Source of the DNA: an uncultured Chthonomonadaceae bacterium
GTDB lineage: Bacteria; Armatimonadota; Chthonomonadetes; Chthonomonadales; Chthonomonadaceae
Direction: 5' to 3'
Length of the DNA: 64,000 nt
Assembly: GCA_963835065.1 (NCBI GenBank)
Contig: CAWIEK010000022.1
Span: forward strand, 40,912 to 104,911
The position numbers and the translations under genes were made by a program. The notes beneath the pieces are model-generated. The model was not told the DNA's origin, made no database searches, and saw only the letters and a list, made by a program, of their open reading frames with translations. Positions 50,819-62,400 of this stretch are shown one piece after another; position 1 is the first letter of the stretch; each line of letters begins with the position of its first letter.

Positions 50819-53800
50819 ATGGCGGCACAAGCGGACAAACGGAAGCAGGCAGCAGAACACCCGATACCGGCTACAGGCGCGCTGGTAACAAAGTTGATGA
50901 GTACGCTCGTGGCAACCGTGTTCACCGGCCCGGCAGGTGCGGTGGCGGGCGGAATCGCCATCCTGGGTGACCCGCTGCAAAAGCAGATGGAAGCGGCGGT
51001 ACACAATCTGCGGTTGGAGGACAACCGACGGCGAATTCTCAACAAACTGAAACAGCAGGCGAGGGACGAAGGCTGTACGCTCAATCTGGACGAACTGGAC
51101 GCGCAGGCGCAAATCACGATGGCGGCGGGGTTCGATTTTGACAGCCTGATGGACAACTACGAGCGGCTTGAAAACCTGCCCGTGCTGTGGAATGCGAAAC
51201 GCGAGACGCCCCTGGAACGCGACAACGGGGAACGCGACAAATACCACGATCTGCTTGTCGTGGAAAATGTGCGGGCGTTCGTGCCTCTGTTGCTGAAAAT
51301 GCCGGAGTTGCAGGAGTGGCTTGTCGTGTATGTCAGCCGCAAAGAGAGCGCGCGGCAAAACATGTTCGCGAAGATGGAGACGCAGACACAGAACAAACCA
51401 GACCCTTATGCGGAGTTTGAGCCGAAGTACCGGGCGGCAGTCGTGAAGGAGCTGGATTGGGTGGAACTCTTCATCGAGCGCCCTGACGTGGAACACGAGT
51501 CCACCCGACAGACGCTTTCGGTTGCGTATGTCACGCTGACGCTGGCGCGGGGCCGCTACGACGAGGCGGGGGGCGGGGATGTGTCGGCGGAACGCCTGCT
51601 GGACACACTGCCCGCCGATGCGCCGCGCGCCCTGATTGTCGGCCCGGCGGGATGCGGCAAGACCACGCTGATGCGGTGGGCGGCCATTGAAGCGGCGCGC
51701 GGCGCAAACGTGCCGGAACGCAAGGACAGACCGGGAGAACGGCGCGAGAAGATGCTGCCGCAACGGGCGGACGGCATTGGCGTGGCGCGACAAAGTTCCG
51801 TTCTACGTGCGGTTGCGCGACTTTCCAACGGGCAGTTTTCCCAGTGTGGACGAACTGCACCGGCATGGCGAAACGAAACGAACGCCGCCGACAGGGTGGG
51901 CGGAAAGCGTTCTCAAGCAGGGGCGCGGGCTGGTGCTGCTGGATGGCTTGGATGAGTTGTCGGGGGCGCAGCGGCGCAAGGCGCTGACGTGGATACAAGG
52001 CTTGATTGACGATTACGGCGAACGCAATGTGTTCCTCGCAACCAGTCGCCCGGAAGCGCTCGAACCCGATGCGCTGGAAACAGTCGAGGTTTGCCGAGTA
52101 CAACGTCCGTCAACCTGTCGCCGGAAGGCAGGCGGCAGTTCGTGCGCCGCTGGCATCGCGCCGTTGCCCGACAGATTGGTGGCTCGCGCCAAAAATTGCG
52201 CCTATTGGCGCAGAAGCGCCGCCAACTGCTGCGGGAACTGGAAACCAACCACGCCGTCGCGCATCTCGCGTCCAATCCTCTCCTGTGCGCCCTGCTGTGC
52301 GCCCTGAACCGCGTGTACCGGAGCAATTTGCCGGAAAACCTGCGCGACCTGTGCGAAAGCGCGTGTAAAATGCTGCTGTGGGACCGGGACAAGCTTGAAC
52401 GAAGTGAAAGCGCTGGACTCGCTGCCCGCGTATTCCGCGCTCACGAAACCGCAGCGCCTGCTGCTGGCGCGCAATCTGGCCTACGACGCCGTACAAAAGG
52501 AAATCACGGTTATTCCCCGGAAAAGCGCGGTTGTGCAGGTCGCGGAAACGCTGAAGTCTGCGCGGCGGCAGGGATAGGAGCGAGGCGGAGGAAGTGCTGA
52601 AAGGGCTGCTGGAGCGGAGCGGGTTGGTGCGGATGTGCCGCAGCAGCGACGTGGAGTTCGTTCACAACGCCCTGCGCGATTACCTGGCATCGCTGGCGTT
52701 CATCAAGCGTGACGAGTACGAATATCTGGCAGGCAAGGTGATGTCGGAGAACCTGGCGCGGTGGGAACCCGTCCTGCTGTTTGCGGCTGCCGAAGAGGAT
52801 GACGAGGAGTTCGGAGCCAATCTTGTGCAGGCCATTTTAAGTTTGCCGGGGCGGGGCAAACAGGAACGCTACCGCCGTAACGTGATGGCATTGAAAACAG
52901 CCGGGCGCGTATGCCATACGCTGCCGTCGCCTGTCAGGAGAAAACTGGACGAAATACGCGCGCAGATGCTGCCCGTAGATACCGTAGACAAAGCGAACGC
53001 GCTGGCGGAGTGCGGCGAAGTCGCCATTGAACACCTGGCCTGGCGGCGCGACATGTCGCCGGAAGTGGAAACCGTCTGTGCGCAGGGGCTGGCGAAGATG
53101 AACAGTGAGCAGGCCGTGAATGTTCTGCGCCGGTTTCTGCGCCGTGATGCCCCGCCCGCCGTCCTTGACGCCCTGGCAACCGTGCTGCCTGCCGCAGTCA
53201 TGGCGCAATCCGTGAACGTCCTGACGATCCCTTCTGTGCTGTCACAATTCAGAGAATATTTGATGAACCGGAAGAGTACCGCCCCCATATTCACGACCTA
53301 TCGCCGCTCGCCGGTCTGACGGGCTTGCAAGAACTGTATCTTGTCTCTGCACAGGTTTCTGACCTGACACCTCTTGCCGGTCTGACGGGCTTGCAAAAGG
53401 CTGTGATCTGAACAACACGCAGATTACTGACCTGATGCCGCTTGCTAGTTTGACGGACTTGCAAACGCTGTCTACTGGGCAACACGCAGATTACTGATTT
53501 CTCTCTCCTTGCCAGTCTGACGGGCTTGCAAAGGCTGTTCCTGGGCAACACGCAGATCAAGAACCTGACGCCGATCGCTGGATCTGACGGACTTGCAAAC
53601 GCTGTGGCTCTGACACACACGCAGATTACTGATTTCACTCTCCTAGCCGGTCTGACGGACTTGAAAGATGCTGTCGACTGGATAACACACAGATTACTGA
53701 TCTGACACCCCTTGCCGGTCTGACGGACTTGCAAGAACTGCGGCTGGACAACACGCAGATTACGGATCTGACGCCGCTTGCCGGTCTGACGGGCTTGCAA

Positions 53801-54020
53801 ACGCTGTATCTTGAACAACACACAGATTACTGATCTGACACTCTATCGCCGGTCTGACGGACTTGCAAACGCTGTATCTGAACAGCACATCACATTACTG
53901 ACCTGACACCACTTGCTAGACTGACGGGCTTGCAAACGCTGTAGCTGAAGACACGTCCGTCCCTGCGGCGGAAAAGGAACGGTTTGAAGCGATGTGCCGC
54001 GCGCGTGGGCAGAAGATTAG
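50819..54020 (+). CDS. NACHT NTPase with C-terminal leucine-rich repeats (bacterial NLR-like), broken by many frameshifts
   Basis: GPAGCGKTT Walker A, PFYVRLR, LVLLDGLDE Walker B, TSRP, NPLLCALLC, FVHNALRDYLA; about ten 22-aa LRRs (LTPLAGLTGLQTLYLNNTQITD-like). Confidence 0.85.
53297..53947 (+). repeat. About ten tandem ~66-bp units encoding internalin-type LRRs
   Basis: Recurring CTGACGGGCTTGCAA and ACGCAGATTACTGA at ~66-bp period. Confidence 0.9.
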
Positions 54021-54098
54021 GTGTGTATTGAGAGCGAAGCGACGTGACCGGGATGTTGGCGGTAATGTATCGGGGCGTGTTGTGCGTAGCGCGGGGAG

Positions 54099-54237
54099 CT
54101 TCGACCCTCATCCGGGCTACGCCCACCTTCTCCCTTGCAGGGCGAAGGCCAATGTGGAAGTTGGGCGCGTGGATTATGAGTTTCGTTCAGGCTATGGACT
54201 GCTGATGTATTTCCCCATCCCCGTTCAGCCGCCCATT
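54099..54237 (+). repeat. ~140-bp direct repeat, right copy
   Basis: Colinear with 50436-50575. Confidence 0.9.
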
Positions 54238-54845
54238 AAACAGTTGACGCTCCTCCTGCACGGGAGAAGCGTAGCCCCTGACGGATAAGGGGTAAACCCT
54301 GAACTTCCCCGACTTCTCGCCATAAGCCTCGTGACAATCGGCGCAACAGGGGCAAAGTGTCTGCGCCATCACCACACGAAGGAGTTTCACAGGGCAAGGC
54401 GGCCAGTGTCGTGTTCGCCGCCAACAGCAACCATCCCGTAAAAAAGATAGGAAAAAGAGCAAAATAACGCAAAACAAACGAACCCTTTGCCCGACACAGC
54501 CGTCTAAACAGGTAGAACAAACGTCTACTTACAGACAGGAAGGTTGAAGGTTCGAGTTCCTATCAACTATCAACTATCAACTATCAACTACTTACACAGG
54601 AAGGGAGGTGCCAGGCCTATGTTACACCCCTCCCGTTCGCCCTGACGCTTACGAGGTCACGATGCCTCACTCCTACAACCAGACACAACGAGACATCGGG
54701 CTGGAAGCGCTGTATTGCCAAGATTTCGACGATGACTCTACATACCTTTCTTTATAAACCCTTTCGCGTATGCCGCCGCATCCCGCTTTGTCAACACCCT
54801 CGCCGGGCAGGAAACGGGCATAGTGACGCGGGGCAGCGGCTGCGA

Positions 54846-56333
54846 TCAGGCAAGAAGCGGCGTTATCACAGTCCCGTGTACATCGGTCAGGCGGCGTTGT
54901 GTGCCGTCGTGGTAGTAGGTCAGTTTTTTGTGGTCCAGTCCGAGCAGATGCAGCACGGTCGCGTGGAAGTCGTAGATGGTGCTGGCGTCCTGCGTGGCTT
55001 TGTAGCCGAACTCATCCGTTGCGCCGTAACAGGTTCCGCCCTTCACGCCCGCGCCCGCCATCCATGCCGTAAAGCCGAAGGGGTTGTGGTCGCGCCCTTC
55101 CGAACCGATCTGGTGCGTGGGCATCCGCCCGAACTCCGTTGTCCACAAGACAAGCGTGTCTTCCAATAATCCGCGCTGTTTCAAATCCCGCAATAGCGCG
55201 GCGGTAGGCTGATCCATAATGGGGCCGTGCCGTTCATAATCCGCTTTGAGGGTCTTGTGCGCATCCCAGTTGAGCAGGCCGTCCACGCCCGACGCATGCG
55301 CCCCGCAGTACAACTGCACGAACCGAACTCCTCGCTCCAATAATCTACGTGCCAGAATACAATTGCGGGCGTACCCGGCTTTGAGCGGTTCCGCGCTGTC
55401 CGCGCCGTAGAAATGCAGGGTTGCGGGCGTTTCTTTCGCCAGGTCGGTAACTTCCGGGGCGCTGAGTTGCATCCGGGCGGCGAGTTCATACGCGGCAACG
55501 CGGGCGTTCAGTTCGCTGTGCCCTGCATGATGGCTGTCGTAGGTGTTGTTGAGCGTGTTCAGGTACGCGCGCAGGTCGGCCTCGCTGTGCGCGTCGGAAC
55601 CGGGCGGGGATTGCAGGTTGGCGATTGGCCGCTCCGTGTTGAATGCGGTTCCCTGATGCGCGGCAGGCAGAAACCCGGCTGTCCAGTTGGCGGGGCCATT
55701 AGGCGGCATACCCCGCGTGTCGGGAATGGCGACAAAGGCGGGCAGGTTCTGGTTGGTCGTGCCAAGCGCATAGGTAGCCCACGCGCCCATGCTCGGAAAC
55801 CCCTCGAAGACAAAACCCGTGTTCATTTGCAGCATGGCCGGCCCATGCGTGTTGCTGCGAGCTGTCAGGGAGTGGACAAACGCAATGTCGTCCACGCATT
55901 CGGCCAGATGCGGCAGCAGCGACGTTACCCACTTGCCCGACTGCCCATGCTGTGCCCATTCCCACGGACTGCGCATCAGGCTGCCGTTGCCGCCCTGAAA
56001 CGTCACGATGTTGTCGCCCGGCATCGGCTGACCGTGCCGCTTAATCAGTTCCGGCTTGTACTCGAACGTGTCCAAATGGCTGACCGCGCCGGGGCAGAAT
56101 ATCTGGATCACGCGGCGGGCGCGGGGCGCAAACATGGGCGGGCGGGGCGCAAGCGGCGACAGGCTCAACGGGTGTTGGGGGTCGGGGGTCGGGGGTCGGT
56201 TTTGCGCTTGACTTTCCTCTGCCAGCAGGCAGGCGACGGCAATACTGCCCAACCCGCTGCCCATTTTGCTCAAAAACGCGCGCCGGTCCAGCCATTGGCG
56301 ATGCTGTAAAGATTGTGTTTCATTGTGCATCAT
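54846..56333 (-). CDS. DUF1501 family protein (Tat-exported)
   Basis: DRRAFL Tat motif, GAVSHLDTF.YKP, PSMGAW..Y.LG, ARRLLERGVRFVQ, EFGRMP, GRDHNP. Confidence 0.93.
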   Translation of the reverse strand: MMHNETQSLQHRQWLDRRAFLSKMGSGLGSIAVACLLAEESQAQNRPPTPDPQHPLSLSPLAPRPPMFAPRARRVIQIFCPGAVSHLDTFEYKPELIKRHGQPMPGDNIVTFQGGNGSLMRSPWEWAQHGQSGKWVTSLLPHLAECVDDIAFVHSLTARSNTHGPAMLQMNTGFVFEGFPSMGAWATYALGTTNQNLPAFVAIPDTRGMPPNGPANWTAGFLPAAHQGTAFNTERPIANLQSPPGSDAHSEADLRAYLNTLNNTYDSHHAGHSELNARVAAYELAARMQLSAPEVTDLAKETPATLHFYGADSAEPLKAGYARNCILARRLLERGVRFVQLYCGAHASGVDGLLNWDAHKTLKADYERHGPIMDQPTAALLRDLKQRGLLEDTLVLWTTEFGRMPTHQIGSEGRDHNPFGFTAWMAGAGVKGGTCYGATDEFGYKATQDASTIYDFHATVLHLLGLDHKKLTYYHDGTQRRLTDVHGTVITPLLA

Positions 56334-56347
56334 TTAGTTCCGCTAGT

Positions 56348-56451
56348 TTGTCTTGAACCATGATTTTTCATGATTAGGATGATTACCATGATGAACGCGC
56401 CTCTTCAATCATGCTCATCACATAAAACATAAAAATCATGGTTCAAGACAA
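56348..56451. repeat. MITE-like element with perfect 21-bp terminal inverted repeats and internal 9-mer repeats
   Basis: TTGTCTTGAACCATGATTTTT (56348-68) / AAAAATCATGGTTCAAGACAA (56431-51). Confidence 0.85.
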
Positions 56452-56454
56452 GCA

Positions 56455-59148
56455 TCAATAGTACAAAAACTCATTGGCATTGAACAGGGCGCGGCAGAGC
56501 GTGGTTAATCCATGTTGGCGAATTAAGGACGCGGCGGCGGTTTGCTCGGCGGTGTTGGGTACGCGCCCGAACGCGATCTGGAACGCGGTGCGCGCCTGCG
56601 CTTCGGGCGCGTTTCCGGCAGCGTGGGTTATGCGAACAGCGAAATCGTTGGCCTGCTGCGTCAGGAAGCGGCTGTTGAGCAGCGTCAGGGTTTGCAGGGC
56701 TGTTGTCGTGCTTGTCCGCTTCGCCGCGCGCTCTGACGAATCGGGACAATCGAAGTTTCCCAACAGGTCGTCGCGTATGCCCCGCGCCGGTATCTGGTAC
56801 ACGCTCCGCCGCCACGTTTCCGGCCCCTGCTCGCCCCGCGCCTCGTAAATCGCCACATTGACCACGTTGTACTGGAACAGCGCGAACCCCGGCCCGCCCA
56901 TCGTCCGATCCAGATTGCCGCTTGACGCCAGAACCGCATCCCGAACCGCTTCCGCTTCCATCCGACGCAGGGGCATCCGCCACAGCAGGCGGTTGTCGCC
57001 GTCTTTGTCCGCGCCTTCCCGCGTCACATCGCTCGCCTGTTGATAGGTATAGGACGTGACCAGCAGGCGGTGGAGGGGCTTCAAGCGCCAATTGCAGGCG
57101 TAGGTTTCAGGTTTCAGGTTCCAGGTGTCAGGGCTTGCAGCGCGGGAGTTCTTCTCTGATCCCTGAACCCTGAAACCTGAAACCTGTGCATCCTTCCCTG
57201 ACCCCTGACCCCTGACCCCTGACCCCTCCACGAAGTGGCTTGCCAGCCAGTCCAGCAGTTCCGGGTGGGAGGGGCGCGCGCCGATGTTGCCGAAGTCGCT
57301 CGGCGTGTCTGTCAAACCCTGTCCGAAGTGGTGCGCCCAGACGCGGTTGACGAGAACGCGGGCGGTAAGCGGGTTGCGCGGATCGCATATCCAGCGGGCG
57401 AGGGCGAGGCGAGGGGTGAGGCTGTTGGCAGTGGCGGGGGACGGCGCGGAAAAGGCGGCGGTTCGCGTGGGGGATAAGGCCGTTTGCGGCAATGTAGGCA
57501 TTTGTGGCAGGGCGGTAAGCAGCGACAATGCGCCGGGCGCGACCTGTTCGCCGCGCTGCATCACGTCGCCGCGCGTCAGCAGGTACACGGGGTCGGGGTT
57601 GCCGAACTGTCCGATGTAGGCGTTTGCGGGCGGCGTCAGCGTGGCTTCCTGACGCTGCAATTTTTCGAGGGAAGACTGCAGCTTCTGCCATTGGGCGCGC
57701 TGCTCTGTGGTCATGGCGCTGAGAAGCGTTTCGCGGGATATGGAAGTAAAGGGCAAGCGATCCTCACTGCTTGCCACTTGCTGCCATGTTTTGCCGTCTG
57801 CGGACACTTCCACGCGGTATCCGGTGGCAAGCCTGTCCTGCAAGCGGGCTTCGGCGTCCCGGCTCCAGACGATGCGCCCGATACGCGCCGCGTTGGGCAG
57901 TTCTATTTGCGCCCAGCCGCCGTTCGGCTCGTTGCTGATCCAGCTATGGTCGTTGCCGGTCTGTCCGTCGTTGAGGTGCGCGATTTGATGTATGGCGTAG
58001 CCCGGCAGGACGGAAGACGCCGTTGCTTTGGCTCCCCCGGACGCGGCGGCAAGATTGACAGCGCTGTTGGGCGCAAATATCTGAATTTCGTCAAGGCAGG
58101 GTTGATTGCCCGTGTTCGTGGTGAGAATGGTAAAGCGGACGAAGCGGGCGGAAATGGGCGCAAAGTCTTCGATGTTGCGCTGCGCATTGACGGGCGGGCG
58201 GCGTGTTGCAGAATTGCCGGTCAGACGGGCGCGCGTTGTGTTTTCCAATGCCTGCTGCCGCGCATTACAACTTTCCATGTCAGCGCGTAACTGCGTCAAG
58301 CGGGTTTGCTGCGCAGGCGTGAGCGGGCGGAGGGACAGGGCGCGTTCCCCATGCCGCACATCCGCGAATACGGCGGCCATGCGGTAATAATCTTTTTGCG
58401 CAATCGGGTCGAACTTGTGGTCGTGGCATTTGGCGCAATTCACGGTCAGGCCGAGGAACGTGGCGGCGGTTGTGGAAACCATGTCGTCAAGATCGTTGGA
58501 GCGCTGCTGCCGCGTCCCTTCTTCGGTGGAGTTGCCAACCGTATCGTGGATGCCCGCGACGAGAAAGCCGGTTGCCGCTTCGCGTTCCGGGTCGCCTTTG
58601 CCCACAATGTCGCCCGCAAGCTGCTCCGTGACGAACTCGTTGTACGGCTTGTCGGAATTGAACGCCCGAATCACGTAATCACGGTACGGCCAGGCGTTGG
58701 GACGCAGATGGTTTTGCTCATAGCCGTGACTTTCGCCATAGCGGACAACGTCCAGCCAGTGCCGCCCCCAGCGTTCGCCATACGCAGGCGACGCCAGCAA
58801 CCGATCCACCACTTTTTCATAAGCGTTCGGGGATTTATCGGCCAGAAACGCCTGCACTTCGGCTGGCGTGGGCGGCAAACCCGTCAAATCCACGGTAACG
58901 CGGCGGAGCAGAACAAGCCGGGAAGCGGGCGGGCAAGGCTGCAAGCCCTTCTTTTCGAGCGCGGCAAATACAAAGCGGTCAACAGGATTGCGGGCAAGGG
59001 CATCAAAGCGGGAGTGAGGAACAGTCGGCATCTGCACAGGCTGAAACGACCACAGTGTTTTGGCTCGCGCCGCAAGCGGGTTCCCGACTTCCTCTGCATT
59101 GGCTCCAGCCATCAGGAAGCGCGAAACACGCCAAGAGCAGCCCCGCAT
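56455..59148 (-). CDS. DUF1549 / F5-8-type C / DUF1553 protein with in-frame repeat insert (5' end uncertain)
   Basis: [55 protein letters not shown]. Confidence 0.9.
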   Translation of the reverse strand: MRGCSWRVSRFLMAGANAEEVGNPLAARAKTLWSFQPVQMPTVPHSRFDALARNPVDRFVFAALEKKGLQPCPPASRLVLLRRVTVDLTGLPPTPAEVQAFLADKSPNAYEKVVDRLLASPAYGERWGRHWLDVVRYGESHGYEQNHLRPNAWPYRDYVIRAFNSDKPYNEFVTEQLAGDIVGKGDPEREAATGFLVAGIHDTVGNSTEEGTRQQRSNDLDDMVSTTAATFLGLTVNCAKCHDHKFDPIAQKDYYRMAAVFADVRHGERALSLRPLTPAQQTRLTQLRADMESCNARQQALENTTRARLTGNSATRRPPVNAQRNIEDFAPISARFVRFTILTTNTGNQPCLDEIQIFAPNSAVNLAAASGGAKATASSVLPGYAIHQIAHLNDGQTGNDHSWISNEPNGGWAQIELPNAARIGRIVWSRDAEARLQDRLATGYRVEVSADGKTWQQVASSEDRLPFTSISRETLLSAMTTEQRAQWQKLQSSLEKLQRQEATLTPPANAYIGQFGNPDPVYLLTRGDVMQRGEQVAPGALSLLTALPQMPTLPQTALSPTRTAAFSAPSPATANSLTPRLALARWICDPRNPLTARVLVNRVWAHHFGQGLTDTPSDFGNIGARPSHPELLDWLASHFVEGSGVRGQGSGKDAQVSGFRVQGSEKNSRAASPDTWNLKPETYACNWRLKPLHRLLVTSYTYQQASDVTREGADKDGDNRLLWRMPLRRMEAEAVRDAVLASSGNLDRTMGGPGFALFQYNVVNVAIYEARGEQGPETWRRSVYQIPARGIRDDLLGNFDCPDSSERAAKRTSTTTALQTLTLLNSRFLTQQANDFAVRITHAAGNAPEAQARTAFQIAFGRVPNTAEQTAAASLIRQHGLTTLCRALFNANEFLYY
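57101..57228. repeat. Intragenic composite heptamer element in the DUF1553 domain
   Basis: (GGTTTCA)n ... (CCTGAAA/C)n-(CCCTGAC)4; frame preserved. Confidence 0.88.
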
Positions 59149-59414
59149 ACATTTTCCATTGCCCGTACCGGATCATCGCAGCGCCTTTCCGCAATTCTTG
59201 AAAACTCTTCTCCTTTATGATAGCACAATTGGTCAGACCCAGTCGGGACTTATCGCAGTGTTCTTTAGCACGGCTGCACGCTTGCCACTGCCGTTGCCCG
59301 GTATGTGGCTCGCCTGCGGCCCGTGTCTGTGGAAGGCTTGTCAAACCGCTCCAAATGGAGGAGACCCCCGACTGCGCTCCGACAGGCGACATAGCGCCGA
59401 ACAATGATTTCAGG

Positions 59415-62400
59415 CTATCCCCCTCCGTAAGAATATCCCTGAGTGGGCTTGTGGGAATACGGTAGCCGAACTCGCACAGGCTTCTGCACCAGACGTTCGG
59501 CCTCATCCGATTGGGGCAGCATTGCCGCATACTCGATCGCGCACAAAGTCCAGATGGTCAGCAGCACCCTGGCTTCGCCAACGCGGTGGTCAGCGCCAGA
59601 TTTGAAGGCCATGCCAGTTTGCAAATCCATCGGCAGCGCTTCTATCTTGCTGAGAGCAAGCGACTGCGCGGCTTCTGCCGCCATTTTTGCCTGCGTATTC
59701 GACAGGCTGGCGCAATTCTCTTTTCGCCAGCCATGCGCATCTCCCGCAATGGCTATCATGCTACTGCGGAAGTCACAGACGATTTCTGCGGGCGTGATTT
59801 CTTTTTGCTGCTTCTGGCCTTTGGTCAAGAGTTCATCGCTGCGGCGTATGATGTCGCGCGGCACTCCAAAAGAAATGGCAGACAATAACGTTCTTCGCCA
59901 TCGTGTTAAAGCAGCCTTTTGGCGTGATCCTCCAGGTATTTATCCCGCAATCGCCCCAACACTTCTCCCACTCCAGGGCGGGAACGCGCACGATATGGTC
60001 AATGGAGACAATGTCTACAACTGGTGTTAGGCTTCCGCCGCCCCAAGATAGAGCGCCGCGAGAGCATCATATCCGAGAGAAAAGGTAGTAATCAGACGCC
60101 TTCGATCTCAAAAATGCCTATTTCATGCGCCGCAGGAAGTTGCGGATGTCATCCGAGCCGATGATTTTGTCCAACTCATAAAATGCAAATACGGACGTGA
60201 GCCTCCGCCACCGCTGGCGTTGGCCTTGGTTTCCTTCCTTTTTCCTGAGCGCACCTTGCTCCAGCCTGTGTACCACTTCTGAGGTATAGCGTCGGTAATC
60301 GGCAATCAGCGCCATCAGACTGGTCGTTGGTTCAATGGCAGAGTTGATGACGCTCGTCTTGAAGTAGCGGAAGGTAACATAGCCGATGAGCAGCGCGGCG
60401 GCCATTAATAACAGTATCCAGTACATCTCTATGGATAACGCATAGCAGATCAGGAAGAAGACCCAAAAGAAGACGGATACAACAGCGATATTGCGAATGG
60501 TATTCGTCATACCGCCGCCTTCCTGTGGCGCAATGCCAGACTCCAGGATGGCGCAAGCGCAAATAGTTTTGCGCGTCGCGGGTCAGGCGGTACAACAGCA
60601 TGGTGTTGGCGTTGCCGACATTACCCCGCTCAAGCCAGGAGGTCAGGTCCACCGGCTGAATGTGAGCCGTGTGTCCCATAAGCACCGCCAGAGCTGTCGC
60701 GGCGATAAGCATCAGGGGCAGCCAGGTAATCTGCACTGGTTCCGAGGCGCGGCTCTGCGTTACCAGCAGCAGCGCTAACAGCAAAGCGCCGCCAATACAG
60801 AACACGATTATGCCTGCGCGCGCTAAAATGGCGCGCATACGCCGGACGCTCAACGGTTCCGCTTCCAGGAATTCCGCCACCGCGCGTTCCGTATTCTCCA
60901 CGAACTCGGCCGAAAACGCTTTCTACGAACTCTTCCTCATTGTACTGGCTGGGAGCCAATATCCACACATGCACTCCTCTTGAATTCACTGCTGAGGCTA
61001 TGGGCGGTATAGCCTTTTGGAGATGCTTCCGCGTTTGCCGTTGTCGGAGCCGCGTGATCCAAAAAGATGGTTGTCTGCCGGCGACGGCGAAGGCTCGGCT
61101 TGCGGAGTTGGCTTTGTACAGGATTTCATCAAGGAGATAATTCGAGCTTGCCGACGCCACGTCTCCCCACCACCGCAATAGTTCCCCATCCGCGCGTCCC
61201 CCCTAACTTGGTCAGCTTTTCGATCTCAATTGCTCGCGGCCCTGCATATCCCACCGCTGTGCCAAGACTGTAACTTTGCGCGGCAACATTCAGATTCTCC
61301 TTTTCTATCAGGTCCCGCAACGTGTTCCCGTTCTCTGAGTTTTACAGCAAAATAGCTCCCCAGGTACAGAGCGAAACCATACACCGGCAAAAACAAAAGT
61401 GAAGCATAGATGATGGGAAGTACCGAGAGGTACCTGCCTGGCTTGCAGGAAGAGATAGGCTGAGATTACGTACCTGAACCGTGAACCAGTTGTCGTCAGG
61501 TGTCGGGCTGACGCGATACAGGTCGTGAGCCAGGTAAAGCAGAACCCCTTCCCTGTTGTCGGGGGCTGCAAGGCAACAAAAAACTTTGCCAGATCGTTCT
61601 GGAAGCGGCACATCGTCGTCCGCCATCTCCATAATACAAGGTAAGATCGGGTCTGCGGAAATCGGAAAAACGCCTGTTGGTCCTTTTCTTCCAACCTCCT
61701 GATCAACGTCATTCAGAAAACTTAACGGCTTGTCATCGCCCGTGTTCCGACCAAACAACAGGGTCAAATCTACGTCAATCTTGTGTCGATCCAGGAAATC
61801 AGCGAACGTCTGACATTCTTCGGTTTCAAGCGCACTTCTGATTTGGCTGGCAAGATCAGGCTCTGAAGACGAAGGAGCAGGCGAAATCTGGCTAGGCGTG
61901 TTTGAGGTGCCGGTTGGGGCTGGTACTGTTGGCCTGGTGATGCTTACTACATCTTCTAGACGCGGGACGGGCAGTTGAATGCGTCTGTAAAAGCGTTCCC
62001 TTACGGATAGTATCCTCTAACCCACTAATCTGTATCTGACTTCCAGGTATTTTGTAGAGGGGAATGTGTTTGGTAAAGAGCTTTGCCAGCACTTTCAGAG
62101 CATTCAGGGACGCTGTTGCCTCAGATGGGGCCAGATTGCTGAAACAGGCAAGATCACCTGGTGATTCTGTGCAGGCAAATTAAGAAATTCTTTTTTGAGT
62201 TTGCTTACTGTCTCAGTATCAGCCTTGAGAGGAGTGACTGTATAGGTGGCATAGGCGACAGTGGCTTCATCCGCCACCGGAAGTGCCATTTGTGTTACAA
62301 ACTGTGTCGCATAACTTTGTGTGGGGAGATGAAGATTATCGAAGAGAGGGAGGCCGTAATCATCCCTGACTTGTCTGTCTTGTTCTTCCTCTGAGGTATA

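Noticed and set aside
53297..53947. Regular ~66-bp periodicity resembling a CRISPR array
   Set aside because: Whole units are similar, with no unique spacers; they translate as 22-aa LRRs and no cas genes are present.
54505..54562. tRNA-like fragments (GGTAGAAC, GTCT..AGAC stem, GGTTCGAGTTCC)
   Set aside because: No acceptor stem and wrong arm spacing; a cloverleaf cannot be built.
1337..59220. Numerous long antisense or alternate-frame ORFs (for example 2587-3387, 29779-31014, 33230-34189, 50732-51793)
   Set aside because: Shadow ORFs expected opposite real genes in high-GC DNA; no recognisable motifs.
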